A DNA stretch of 63,473 nucleotides, filler included, from Globobulimina sp. (GCA_003354225.1; 57 parts of 57 records of this genome joined end to end with filler, not necessarily neighbours in it), one strand, 5' to 3'. Counted from the whole stretch's first letter, positions 48,031 to 61,245 are shown. Notes: generated by a model from the sequence alone, not told the origin. Numbers and translations: made by a program.

Positions 48031-48408
48031 TATCCAAGGAGGGAACGAGATGAAGAAAAAGAAGATATAACTGCAACTATTTTTAACGCTTTAGTCCCAA
48101 AATTTCGAAATTCAAGTCAAGTAATTCTGGAAATTTTGGGAGAATTGCCTGGATTTTACATAAATCCAAATGATTTGTCTATAGGGTTACATGGAAAAGT
48201 TATTCCAAATACGAATATCGTCGACATTTTGTATGGACTGCTAGATCGAAAACTAAATCCTGATTTAATCCCAGGATGCAAATTTTGTTTGCTAATTTTG
48301 AGTAAAACGAAAAGAAATGTTACTTATAAATTTATTTCTAATCCAAAATCAATCCAAAAAATTTTGAAATACAAGAAGGATAATAGTGAGAGAAGAAAGC
48401 GAAAATAA
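48031..48408 (+). pseudogene. Polinton/adintovirus-like conserved accessory protein remnant
   Basis: LVPKFR...ILEIL...GKVIPNTNIVDIL...IPG..F.L.IL...I.N resembles a conserved Maverick ORF (recollection). Stops lie upstream in frame. Confidence 0.5.
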
Positions 48409-50992
48409 TCATCAACGAATTACAGAAAATGCATAAATGAATCACAATATTGGTTATCGATATGTTATATAGAAACAAAATGTAAGTTTCTGCATTTAAT
48501 TGGTAAAATCAATGAAATTTCAAGTTTTGTTTCTATAATGTATAATAATATTGAAAATACATATAATTCAATAATATGATAATTGAATAAAACTACTGCT
48601 TAATAAGGCCATTTAACATCAGTTCGAAATGAACATCACAAAACAGTCTTAAAGCTCCTACGAACCTAAACACAACAACTCAGCCACTGAATAGGGAATG
48701 AAATACGCCGACTCTGAATAATTTTCACTTATCTACGTACTGTAGAGTCAAATCGCGAAAAAGAACAGACCTCCAAAATATTCTGTTAGTTCGTGTCTAT
48801 AATATGTGTTATCTTCATCTATAAATCATATTGAGTGGAGGTTCAAATGGTTTTAGATGAAAAAGAACAACGCTCTAGACTAGATCTGAAAGTTATTCTA
48901 CAAATAATAAAATTTACTTTACTCTGTAACCTTTCCGCTTTAATTTCTTAGGACTTTGTTTTTCTAATTGCTCAATGTACTTGTCCNNNNNNNNNNNNNN
49001 NNNNNNNNNNNNNNNNNNNNNNNNNNNNNNTTAATTAATTAANNNNNNNNNNNNNNNNNNNNNNNNNNNNNNNNNNNNNNNNNNNNATTCAATCAATTTT
49101 ACAATTACAGAAGGGATATTTATGAAAAACTGAAACAAATTAAAACCAATGTTGATCGTTCTAATGTATTTAGAGGACCATTGACTGTTCCACCAAACGC
49201 ATGTAAGGAAGAAAAAGATTGTGAACCCACCAAGAAAACGCTACACAAAAGCAAGGCACAGTTGATTTCTATTCAGGTGATGCAGCATGATCCAAAATGA
49301 CCAAAATTTGATTGTTATCTAAACTTTGATAAAGTGAAACTTGATCCGTTGATTTATCATTTTCACCGTCACTCGCATTATTCACACTCATTTCCATCGT
49401 TCCCCCATCCACACTCTCCTCGTTCCGATGCCGATGATGTCGTATCTTTGTATAGCCGCCGTGCACCAACGCAGAGAATAAGCCAACGACAAACACTGTC
49501 ATCTGCAAAATAAAGGCAAATCTCTTAGAAAGTGTCCACACTCTTGGTATGACTAAAATAAATCAGGTGAGGGTTTTGCGTGTAAAAAAGCGCACTTTTA
49601 TTAAGATATTTATGCATTCAGGTGTACGGAGGAATATTATTCGATATGACAAAAAATGATTCAACAAAAAAAAAATAAAAACAAAAAAACGTTGCTAAAT
49701 ATACGGGAGTATAGGATTTCTACCTATCATGAGATGAGCGGGGAACCCATTTGGCCTCCCTAGATATTGTCTGACTATCCTGTGCATATTCATACTTTTT
49801 TTGTTTTTTTTTTATTTTTGTTTTATAACATATGTACTTAACTGACTAACGTGTTAATGCCATCAAAACACAGGCATTTATAATATCATTCATTTGGATT
49901 GAACTGGTTGTTTTTGTACGGGTATAGGATGTTATAAAGCAAAGCAATGCAATGAAACGTCTGGTATATTGCTACATCCCAATGGTATATTGCATTAATT
50001 TTTGATTATGTTTGTGTTTACATACATTCTTTTGGGGTCTCTATGTGTGATGTTTGCATTATTTTTTATGTGACTTCCTTTTCTAATTTGCAAATAATTT
50101 ANNNNNNNNNNNNNNNNNNNNNNNNNNNNNNNNNNNNNNNNNNNNTTAATTAATTAANNNNNNNNNNNNNNNNNNNNNNNNNNNNNNNNNNNNNNNNNNN
50201 NGTACTGATTTACATTTCGTGTTTATTTTTTCTCTTTTGGCCTATTTTTTGCCAATTTTCTTATTTTATTCTGCCACTAAGTATCGTCTTGGATGTTTTT
50301 CTTTTATCATAATTTAATTTTTTTTCCTTGGCCAATTTCACACAGTTCACTGTGGTAATTACAATGTTTACACAATCACAGTGCACAAAATAATTTATTT
50401 GTTTACACAAACACAGTACACTGCAATAATAACGACGCTTTCTATGTTACTTTAATAAAGTTTTGCTTTTCTTAAAAATTTCTGCTCTGCCACAAAATTT
50501 CGTATTAGATTTCTCCTTGGGTAATTCGGCAGATTTTATCAATCTGTTCAGATATTTTGCCACATAATTCAAACTCAAAATTTTTCGCCTTGGTTAATTT
50601 CTATGTCAAAAAGGAATGTAGCCGAGAAACTATTTTCTCAAATTAGCATATTAAACAAAACACAAAGTACATCGAGTCCAGTTAAGCATCCATCTACTTT
50701 GGCCAATTAGGCCTCTGTAGGTGACAAATGATCAACTCCCGCGACTTTTTTTTAACATATTGTGTGCCAGGGCACAGCAGGGGACCAACTGATTAAACTA
50801 GACCCTCTACATTTTCATATAGTATGGTTTTTTGTACCAGTTACTAACTTCAAGGTTTACAACACTTGTAAACTTCAGATAGATTAAGTCAGAAAATTTG
50901 ACAAAACCCAATTCAAATTTGGGTGTCTCATACTTCTAGTGCACTTAATAGTATAGTCTCCAGACAAATTAGCACCAATCGTAGGATTTATA

Positions 50993-51030
50993 GCACGACC
51001 GGTTTCGCCCAGAAGGGCATCGTCAGGTGC
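50993..51030 (-). ncRNA. Minimal type I hammerhead ribozyme (Penelope-like element type)
   Basis: GCAC-CUGACGA-U-GCCC(UUCU)GGGC-GAAA-CCG-GUC-GUGC, with a canonical GUC cleavage triplet. Confidence 0.85.
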
Positions 51031-51317
51031 AGCACTAACATGACCAGAGACATTTCTATCATTTCAGTTTGCAGTTACATGCAAAAAATGGGGAACCTTC
51101 TGACTCCCTTAAATTTTAAAACTTTCATTTTATGGTCATTCCTCTCTGCTTTATCCCAAATGGATTAACAAAAATTCCCCTGGGGCTAACTACCCAACTT
51201 TTCAAACACATACGAGNNNNNNNNNNNNNNNNNNNNNNNNNNNNNNNNNNNNNNNNNNNNTTAATTAATTAANNNNNNNNNNNNNNNNNNNNNNNNNNNN
51301 NNNNNNNNNNNNNNNNA

Positions 51318-51938
51318 GGATGGAATCATATTCAAACACTTGAAAACATTAAAAAAATTGCAACTGGAAGCGGTCACTCTCTCTGTTTAGATTCAGATGG
51401 CAATGTTTTATCGTTTGGATGGAATAAGTGGGGCCAGTTAGGATTCTGTACAGCAGATAAAGATCAACAAAGTAAACCAAGCATAATTCCACTATTCCTA
51501 CAATTAAAGATTTGTGTCAATGATATCTGTTGCGGTAGTGGGCATTCTGTGGTATTGAGTAAAGCCGGAGAAGTCTATACATTTGGAAGCAACACGTTTG
51601 GCGAATGTGGAAATACACCGAAAAGTGAGGAACATGTAACAAAACCTAAGAAAGTGAATGGATTAACAAACATATCACAGATATTATGTGCTTCATTCCA
51701 TAATGCAGCAATTACAGACAATAATATTATACATTTATTTGGTAATAATAAATTTAATCAATGTATTATTTCAACCTATGATCCATTCAAAGATATCCCT
51801 GTGGCCATTAATGATTATATAAAAACAACATATGATAAAAAAGTAAATAAAATATTTTTAGGACGTCAAAATACAAAATTAATCTTATCAGATATTGATG
51901 AAAAAGAGCTTGAAGAGGCGAAATATAATAAGGTATAA
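51318..51938 (+). CDS. RCC1-repeat protein, C-terminal part
   Basis: IATGSGHSLCL..DGNVLSFGWNKWGQLG and ICCGSGHSVVLSKAGEVYTFGSNTFGECG. Confidence 0.92.
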   Translation, partial: GWNHIQTLENIKKIATGSGHSLCLDSDGNVLSFGWNKWGQLGFCTADKDQQSKPSIIPLFLQLKICVNDICCGSGHSVVLSKAGEVYTFGSNTFGECGNTPKSEEHVTKPKKVNGLTNISQILCASFHNAAITDNNIIHLFGNNKFNQCIISTYDPFKDIPVAINDYIKTTYDKKVNKIFLGRQNTKLILSDIDEKELEEAKYNKV

Positions 51939-52579
51939 TAATAATATACGTTTTTGTTTTTTTTTGGTCAGAAATAAATTGACAATTTTTTATTTACAAA
52001 AAGGGACAGAAACAAATACCAAATGAATTAAATAAAACGTCGACTTGGAATTGTCCAACGTGTACATATTGCAATGCAGATTCAAATGAGATATGTTTAA
52101 TGTGTCAAATGGATATTAATCCAAATAAAATAAAAAAAGTTAAAAATATAATACGTGTTTCTGTGATATGTACACTTTTTTTTTTAATATTTGTTCAGAA
52201 TGAAATGGCATTACATAAAAAATTGAAAGAGGCGGAAAGACGGAGAATTGAAACAGAACAAAAATTAGAAACAGAAGAAAGAGAACGAAGGAAAATAGAA
52301 ACAGAGAAAGAAGCAATGCAACAAAAATTAANNNNNNNNNNNNNNNNNNNNNNNNNNNNNNNNNNNNNNNNNNNNTTAATTAATTAANNNNNNNNNNNNN
52401 NNNNNNNNNNNNNNNNNNNNNNNNNNNNNNNAGCAATGAGTAGTGTGTAATTATTGTATTGGATCCGAGTTGAAAGTTGATCCGCGACATGTACTGAGCT
52501 ATTGACTTAGTGGAGTGAGTGACCTAATCTGTATTTTCTTAGTAGTCATGAAGAAGTGTGAACCTAAAAAGTTAATTAT

Positions 52580-53446
52580 CTACACATTTACAAACATTAC
52601 AGTCAAACAAAACGGAATCAAAACTATCCCGATAGTCACAGTAATAATTGATCCATATCGATTTATTGCAACACAACAGTTTCCTTTGTCGCTGTCTGAC
52701 GATGTGCTATAATAATAATATAAACCCGGTAAGATCAGCGTGCCCATTGGTGCTGAGGTAGATCCCATGAATCTCAACATTACTCCTAAATCGTCCACAA
52801 TCATCGTAACAATAAGCGATGCACTCATCCATACACTTGAAACAATATAAAACTTTGTTTTTGATATTTGTGATGCATTCTTTTTGTATAAAATGGATGA
52901 CAAACAATGTCTGCCTGGATTAGTAATGACGGGGTAAGAGCAGGCCACAGCAGTTAGTAAACCAACTCTCGCCAATACTGTTAATACGTCATTTTGCGGA
53001 TAATTGGTTAATATATTTGAATTCACATTGTTCCCAAATGTAAAATATCCGATCAATGCAGCGGATAAATATAACATCGATGTTAATACAAAGGTTGCTG
53101 TGGTCACATAATTCATTCTTGAAAAAGTAGAGTTTGATAATTCATTTGAAACAGAAAAAGAAAGTGAATGTGCTGCAAATGCACCGATATAAAATGGAAC
53201 AGCTTTAAAAAATGCAAATATATTTTCTGCTGAAAGTGTTTTCGAATATAGAATGATTACGCAAAGATCTCCAGCATTACAAATATTGACATCCGCATTG
53301 TTTAAAAATATAAGCATCATTATAATTATGTACAAAAAACATAAAATTGCAATGAATGAGGTGTATCTCAATGCATTTAATTTCTTTTTTATTGTCATTG
53401 GCAAAATTATAATTATGAGAAAAAAACAAATCCAAAATCTTCTCTG
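52580..53446 (-). CDS. Amino-acid transporter (AAAP/SLC38-like), C-terminal part
   Basis: LNALRYTS, GYFTFGNNVNSNILTNYP, SYP...P.R and ILPGLYY motifs, with multiple TM helices. Confidence 0.9.
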   Translation of the reverse strand, partial: QRRFWICFFLIIIILPMTIKKKLNALRYTSFIAILCFLYIIIMMLIFLNNADVNICNAGDLCVIILYSKTLSAENIFAFFKAVPFYIGAFAAHSLSFSVSNELSNSTFSRMNYVTTATFVLTSMLYLSAALIGYFTFGNNVNSNILTNYPQNDVLTVLARVGLLTAVACSYPVITNPGRHCLSSILYKKNASQISKTKFYIVSSVWMSASLIVTMIVDDLGVMLRFMGSTSAPMGTLILPGLYYYYSTSSDSDKGNCCVAINRYGSIITVTIGIVLIPFCLTVMFVNV

Positions 53447-53546
53447 NNNNNNNNNNNNNNNNNNNNNNNNNNNNNNNNNNNNNNNNNNNNTTAATTAATT
53501 AANNNNNNNNNNNNNNNNNNNNNNNNNNNNNNNNNNNNNNNNNNNN

Positions 53547-53961
53547 CATCTGGGTTATCCCATTCATGATTAATTATTTTATATGTTGAAGCTGTTTTAT
53601 TACCAAATTTATAAGATATTTCTTCCTGAGTCATTGGACGATGTGTGCCTAATCCGATTAAAAATGTAATTTCAGAGTTATCAACACCTGATATTTTTAG
53701 TTCGTTTAAAACGATTGGCAGTATTTTATCAAGGGGCGTTGATCGAGTATTGTCATCAGTGACGATCAATACTTTTTTACAACCAACGGCTAATTCCCGG
53801 AGAGGCTTTGTGCCAATTGGATTTTCAATAGCTTTACGAATTTCATTTTCTGAAAATCCATTACCTTTGATTTGTCCTGGGCTGTACACACCAATCAGAT
53901 TGGAGTCGGATATGCTTAACGCACCAAATATATCTTTAGTTAATTTTATGTGATGTTTCAA
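53547..53961 (-). CDS. larA: Nickel-pincer-dependent lactate racemase family (LarA-like) protein, N-terminal part
   Basis: AIENPIGTKPL, VLIVTDDNTRSTP, LIGLGTHRPMT and IINH.WD. Confidence 0.85.
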
Positions 53962-54031
53962 AAAAATACTTTATGATTAGAACGATGAAAATTTTTGTAG
54001 AAGGGATTTGTAGTATTCCAAATATTATATA

Positions 54032-54561
54032 TTATGAAGGTCTGTTTCTACCCACAAAAAAAACTACCATTGATGTTAAATCTTCATCAGAATATTTAAG
54101 CCATGATTGATGAATTCCTTTTTTATCAATGTTTGCACAGCGGTATACTGTTGAGTGCATAATTTTAAACCCTGATTTTTTGATTATATTTTCAATATCA
54201 GACTTTCTTAGTAAATTTAGACTACCGTTTCCACATTCGGAATCACGAGAATACAATGACCTAACACAATTATTTCCATTACGATGAGAACTAAAATCCA
54301 CGGCATGTAGAAAATAACTCTCAGAACGGCATAATTTTTTTATTTTCTTCATCATCGGGCAAACATCATTTCTTGGGATATGTTCTAATACACTATTTGA
54401 CAGGACAATATCTATTGGTTCATTTTTTTCAAAATCAGCGGGTCTGATGTGTGACAGAATCAAATCATAAAAATCTTCAAAATTAATAGTGTTGTTAAAA
54501 TTTGAATGAAATTCGTTATATAAAGGTAAAAAATACTTTTTTTTTATTTCCTTTGATTCAA
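54032..54561 (-). CDS. Class I SAM-dependent methyltransferase (bacterial), C-terminal part
   Basis: DIVLSNSVLEHI...HAVDF..H...LN.LR. Frame is open to the contig end. Confidence 0.75.
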
Positions 54562-56289
54562 NNNNNNNNNNNNNNNNNNNNNNNNNNNNNNNNNNNNNNN
54601 NNNNNTTAATTAATTAANNNNNNNNNNNNNNNNNNNNNNNNNNNNNNNNNNNNNNNNNNNNCTCGCGAATATCTTCGTCTGATATGGCTTCTTTATGTTC
54701 CTTTTTTTCGTCTTGTTCTGATATATCATCTTCATCGTCATCCTTCCCTGCGACTGGCTCATAAAATACTGGTGAACTCATGGATGATTTCAACAAAGGA
54801 AGGTTTTCGGAAGAAAGCATTTTTTGGTCTAGTTTATATTAATAATAATAACAGCGTAAATAATGCTGAAAGTGACAGTGAAACTGAACAATGTGAATTA
54901 AGTGTTGACCATGATCAACGGCTATCGGTTTCATATTAATATCAGTGATCAATACAACTTTTCTTTTTCTTTTTGTTTTTTTGTTAATTAAATTTAATCT
55001 TTACTTTGATTTATATTCACAGCTTCTTGATTTGCAAAGCGTTTCTCAGATAATTGAATAAAATGTATACAACTTTTGGAATATATCGGTTAGAAAGATT
55101 TGGTTTTGAAATATCCTTGCACTGCTAGAAGATGGTGAAAATAAATCCCTCGAACCAATCTACAGGGAAAGTAAAACAAAGATTATGGTTGCGTGTTTGC
55201 ACTACCTTCGTCCTATTAATATACGAAATGACGGTACAGTTAATGTATGAAACAACATACAGTAATAACACAAAACAAACAGAAATGGAAAGTCATTAAC
55301 CGTATCTTGCACAAATAAAAAGACAAAAACACGAATTAATAGTACATACAAACAAACATAATAATAATAATATTCAAATAAATTATTCGAGAAAAAAAAT
55401 AAAACACATATGTTTACAAAATGTTGACAATTAAACAATGGATATGTGATCGTCGAGAAAAATAGAAATATTGCTTATAAATTATGAATTTGACAATACT
55501 TTCTGTCCGCGTCCACCGTAGGAACTTGAATATATTTCTTTATCATTTATTATTATGTTTTGTGATGATTTGTGATAATAATTATTTCTTTTATATTTTC
55601 TTTCATATTTATCATATTTTTTGTTACTTCTTTTTGATATAAACTCTTGTCCTTCTTTTCGCGATGAATGCAAATNNNNNNNNNNNNNNNNNNNNNNNNN
55701 NNNNNNNNNNNNNNNNNNNTTAATTAATTAANNNNNNNNNNNNNNNNNNNNNNNNNNNNNNNNNNNNNNNNNNNNTTACCCCGAATAATAAAACAAATCA
55801 TAGAATCAATAGTATGGCTTTTAATATCTTCATGCACAAACCGGCTATCTCTGGTATGGATATATTTCGGACTTACGTTATATCCCGTTACTTCTGACAA
55901 CGTATAAGCAATTTCACTCAATGCCTGCTTGGTATTAACATTATTAACAAAAACTTTTTAACAATGGCTTCGTCATCGAAGTCAACTTTATGATTTTATC
56001 CTTCCTTACATTATTATACCTCACCTCACATTCCTATTCACCACAATTATTAGATTACCGCACCCTTTACGAGTCTACACTTTTGCCTACGACGTGGCAC
56101 GAGTGTGATATTTTCTATTTATCGTATCATAGGTTTTATTACGGATCAAAAAATAATTACCCGTCTATTATTTGTAGTTTTGATTTATTGCAAAATCAAA
56201 TTAATTTCATCACGTGTTATTCGTTTAGTAGTGATTTATTGCTGAATCAAATTAAATACAACAACAACCGATCAATAGAAACACAAATA

Positions 56290-56789
56290 ATGCCTAAACG
56301 TAGACGACCACTAAGTAATAATAAAGCAAATAATAATAAAGTAAATAATGATAATCAACCACCACATCACCACGCGCAAAATCGCACACAACAACAAATT
56401 GCAAATAATAATAATAAAAATAACCATCAACAACCACCATATCACGCCGCGCAAAATCGCACAAAGAAATCTCATAATTCGGATGAAAATAATAATAACC
56501 ATAGTGCTACACCGTCTGGTGCATGGAATTGTGATATTTGTGATGGAAAGAATGGTAAAACTGACGCCGTATGTAATAGTTGTGGTACAGTACGTGTTAA
56601 TCATGCAGCAATTGATGCAGTGCTTAATATGGTAACCTCACCAGAAACTACTGCCGTCCCAACGGATGCTAACAATAACAGTGGTAATAAACAGAGCAGC
56701 AGTTCAGAAGACGTTGACATTATCGCAGTTAACAAAGGTACAAATAATACAAAACAAAAAGCACGGAGCGGACAAACACCAGCAACAAC
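56290..56789 (+). CDS. Asn/Gln-rich protein with a RanBP2-like zinc finger (N-terminal part)
   Basis: Likely start MPKRRRP, and WNCDIC...N....VCNSCG. Confidence 0.6.
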
Positions 56790-58004
56790 NNNNNNNNNNN
56801 NNNNNNNNNNNNNNNNNNNNNNNNNNNNNNNNNTTAATTAATTAANNNNNNNNNNNNNNNNNNNNNNNNNNNNNNNNNNNNNNNNNNNNTAACAATACAT
56901 AGGATCTAAAACGTCTAAAAACTAAGTAATGCACCAGTTCACCTCTCACAAAATATCTCCAATACATAGGTTGTGGTACGAATGAAGTTTACATTAAATT
57001 CATTATGACTTCTATGTTATAGTCGGCCCAAAGCAATGAGTCCGGATCTTTTTCGCCCATCCACGCTATTCTAATCGCGGATAATGTATCCGTTTGTCTG
57101 ACACTACAATCTCCATCAATGCCAATACCAATCCCGTTCCAAACCCAGGTACCACTACGTTCCGTAAACCTGTCATCCCAATCGCAAATGTAATTCCTTC
57201 AAACAAAACATGAACAAAAACAGAGTCATTATGTATAAATTATGCATGCGCCGCGGCCGCGCATCAATATGAACAAAATAAAAAATACCAGAATGTTGTT
57301 TCGGGTGAATTCGCTGTAGTAACTACTAAATTTCTGTATGTCGCACCAAAGTCGTCCCAATAGTCAGACCCTAAATACATGTCCTGATTCATTATAATGG
57401 GGTGAGATTCACCTGAGCCAGTCGCATAATCATAGGTGTCATGATGATAAAAATCATTGGGATCAGCTGTTGGGCCAAATGTAATTGTTAAACTTCTTTG
57501 CGTTTGATATAACGAATAATGATATTCAGTGTTTAACTGAAGTGTTGGCGATGGCGTGTTCTGAACCCATGGATTCGGAGAGGCCACCGAGGTAAACGTT
57601 GTCTGGATCGTCTGTCATTATTTATATTAATGGATTACTTGAGTTTAAAATCAGTCAATAGGTAATATCAGATATGGACTGTATTTGCCATCGATATCCA
57701 TTGTGTTTTGTATAATGAACAAAGGGAAAACGATTAGTGTTTATTCGGACAAAAATCGGACAAAATCGTTCTAAATCGTCCAATATTTATTATTTTCTCG
57801 TAACAAATATGGTTTCTCCCTTATGCTGAATACAAAACTCAATGGAACACAAATACAATCACTACCTGACATAATTTGATAAGTGTACAAATGGAATAAA
57901 TGCNNNNNNNNNNNNNNNNNNNNNNNNNNNNNNNNNNNNNNNNNNNNTTAATTAATTAANNNNNNNNNNNNNNNNNNNNNNNNNNNNNNNNNNNNNNNNN
58001 NNNT

Positions 58005-58659
58005 TAAATCTCAACATTGTACATTATTGGTAAAAATAAATTGAATACCGGTACCGCTGTCAAATCCGAATCAAATAAAAGCAATATTTCTTTATCGATG
58101 GTTATGGGCAATAAAGATGCATTGCATTTATTTATGTTGCATTTGTCGAAAGAGTTAAGTCTATCGATATTAATATATTTATTTTTAATTGTATTCATTG
58201 TGCAGATATAATATGGAATGTTTATTATTTGTGATTGAAATCAATGAGTTTCAGAAATATATTCAAAACAAAACCAAACAAAAAGATAAAAATATATTAA
58301 TTGATTTTCCATCCACTTTCTCGAATATGTGCTGTTTAAATATTGATAGCGAAGAAACAGAAATTATTTCCTCTGCAAAAGTAAAAGCTCATCGGCTGTA
58401 TAATAAATATATAGCGATTGGGAGTGAGTTAGAGATTAATATATCGTTTGAGGAAAGAAATAATTTAAAAGATTTATTACATGATTTACCAGCATTTTTA
58501 AAATATAATCTAACTTTAATGGATTTATATCAATTATTTCAAGATAGCAAACAAACCGTCATCAAATCATTAAGATCTTCATTCGATCGCTTTAAAATGC
58601 AAACAGAATATGTTAAATTGTATAATATTAATGAAATTACCAAATATCACGAAAAGTAG
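58005..58659 (+). CDS. RGS-domain protein, C-terminal part
   Basis: Intron 58154-58205 joins FMLHLSKE to YNMECLLF. Then LYNKYI..GSELEINIS and SFDRF. Confidence 0.88.
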
Positions 58660-59117
58660 AATTGTCTGACCATAAAAAGTAGAATTGTCTGACCGTAGTA
58701 ATGAAATTTCACACTGCAGTAATTAATAACTTATTATCTTATTATCTTACTGTATTATATTTTTTGAATGTGTTGTGTGTCACCGTTTTTGTGTACCGTT
58801 TTTAATGTGTTATTTGTGTCTCTTCTCGTAAAAACGTTACCTTTTTGAAATGAACTCTGTTTGTTTACAAACTGTCAGACAAAACATTTTTCACACATTA
58901 CAGTGACTACACAGGCGATGTCCACAACGACATGGCATCCGGTTCACTGTTATCAATTATAATATTATTCAATTTTAGCAAACATATATCTTCTCCATTG
59001 AAACCAAAATGTTCTTTNNNNNNNNNNNNNNNNNNNNNNNNNNNNNNNNNNNNNNNNNNNNTTAATTAATTAANNNNNNNNNNNNNNNNNNNNNNNNNNN
59101 NNNNNNNNNNNNNNNNN

Positions 59118-59923
59118 GCAATTTCCACATGCACATGCATGCCATGAGTTTTCGTCAGTTAATTTTGGCGACTTTCCCACCACAAAAATCTTACACTGTT
59201 CCGGCCTTAAATCTTCATTCTGTTGTTTCACCTCCTCTACTACCCGTTGTTGCTCTCTTATAACTATGTTACCTAGTTCAAACATTGTACGGCATCTTCC
59301 TGCTTTCTCTATACATCCCTGGCACACTCATTTGGTTGTGTTTTGATCCAAGGTTCGCATGTTCTTTCGTCTCTTTCGTCTTCGCTCACCCAGAGGTACC
59401 ATAACTTCGGTTTCGGGGGACCTATAACTTCTTTTATGATCTTTTACTGCAGACAATAATTGCGGGGCTTCGGAACCGGATGCAGCTATTACATCTTCCG
59501 TAGTTTGGTCTCGCTGGGCTGCTACTGAATTCTGACTACTGGAACTTCGCTTCCTTTGACAATTCACGCAATCACATATCTGATTCCACTTGTCTTCTGC
59601 TAATTTTGATTGGCGTTGTACTTCGCGAACTGGGCTTTCGCTCCGATCTCTCCTTTTCTCCTCAGTTGTCTCTTGTCGATACCTTTTCCGACTTCTTCGA
59701 CGATTTTTACTGTTACAGTCATCGCAGGAACACTCCTCTACCCATCGAGTTTGTAGTTGCCTTCTTCTATCCCTCCGTTTCTTCCTTTCCTCCTTTCTCT
59801 CCCTCCATTTCGTGCCAATCACCGCTATGTCCCTTAGGATCTGTGGCATCTGTCGGTCAAAACATTCCTCATCTAATGTTTCTCCTTTTTGTCGATAGTG
59901 TGTCCATAAATCCCCAAAATTCC
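59118..59923 (-). CDS. Charged protein with repeated CxCxxC motifs and an in-frame TGA (59328-59330)
   Basis: CSCDDC, CDCVNC, *VCQGC and CACGNC all lie in one frame. Probable acceptor TTTGTAG near 59924. Confidence 0.5.
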
Positions 59924-60456
59924 TACAAACCAAGAAATTTACGTTTATCGACAATTCATTACAACTCATAAAGTTACAACTTTGTAAAGTACTACTTTCT
60001 TCGTTACTTTTTAGACTTTTGTTATTTAACAACTGGACATTGACCTGCAATGTACTGCATTTATATAAAATCGGTTGACACGTAACTGCACGTTCACGAC
60101 GACTGTTCTCGCCGGACGGCTTAAAATTTACNNNNNNNNNNNNNNNNNNNNNNNNNNNNNNNNNNNNNNNNNNNNTTAATTAATTAANNNNNNNNNNNNN
60201 NNNNNNNNNNNNNNNNNNNNNNNNNNNNNNNATCAATTAATCGAATTTTCAAAACTGATTAAAAAATATGATAATTTATCATTGGTGCTACAAATTGGAT
60301 GTTTTGATGATGGGATTAATCAATATTTTACAGCAAAACACAGAGAATTGTCATTATTTGAAAAAGTAGATTCATTGCCATCTGATTATTTGAGCAAAAC
60401 TGTACTTAGAGCTCAACTGTAACTTGTAATAGAATCCTTGCACTTTTATAAATTTA

Positions 60457-60915
60457 TTATTTCTTGCAATTAAGTCTTAATTCGTCATACAATTGATTTG
60501 AGAAATAAGCTGTTAATCCATAAAACATGCAGCCACCAATCAGCTGAATGCATGTAAACACATTATTTGATTTTTGCATTTGTTGGCAACAAGCAATTGT
60601 GCTAAAAATGCATAAATAGCCAGCAAAAAAAACAACACGTTGTGTAGATTCGATATTGTACTGTTTATCATTATGTACTGAACAATACATTGTGGCAATC
60701 AGTCCAATTGAAAACAGAGAAACGATATAATGGCCACCAAGTAAGCCACAGATTGTGATCAAGCATAATGCCATCATAAAATAGAATAAATATGTGCCAT
60801 ACTGCCTGGCTTTATCGCTTGGTTTACACAATGCATATTCCGATGTCCACAAACTAATATATACAGATATTACAATTGACTGTACTTTTGAGCACCAAAT
60901 AATTACATACCACAT
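60457..60915 (-). CDS. Hypothetical multi-pass membrane protein
   Basis: Several hydrophobic helices. Confidence 0.45.
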   Translation of the reverse strand: MWYVIIWCSKVQSIVISVYISLWTSEYALCKPSDKARQYGTYLFYFMMALCLITICGLLGGHYIVSLFSIGLIATMYCSVHNDKQYNIESTQRVVFFAGYLCIFSTIACCQQMQKSNNVFTCIQLIGGCMFYGLTAYFSNQLYDELRLNCKK

Positions 60916-60961
60916 CTCAGTGAATACTGTTTTCAGTCAGTCAGTAATATATAATTTAAAA

Positions 60962-61245
60962 ATGAAGCATCAATTAACAAAATCTAGAAATTTCTTACAG
61001 GCTTATTCTAAATCTTTATTTCATTCATCACCACAATTACAGCGGCCTCGTGGCGGTAAAAAAAACATTGAGATTGATGCCTCAAAGGAAGAATTATTTC
61101 CTACCCGCAGAGGAAATGTTTTCTACGAACAAGAACTTGCATTATACGATAAAATTCGATCTGTACGCATTGCAAAAAAACGCAAAATGCATCAAATAAC
61201 CACACAAAAACACGCAAACTTAATATTTGAGATCTTGCAGGAAGC
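60962..61245 (+). CDS. Hypothetical protein with a mitochondrial-presequence-like N-terminus (partial)
   Basis: MKHQLTKSRNFLQAYSKSLFHSS is basic, Ser-rich and lacks acidic residues. Confidence 0.4.
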
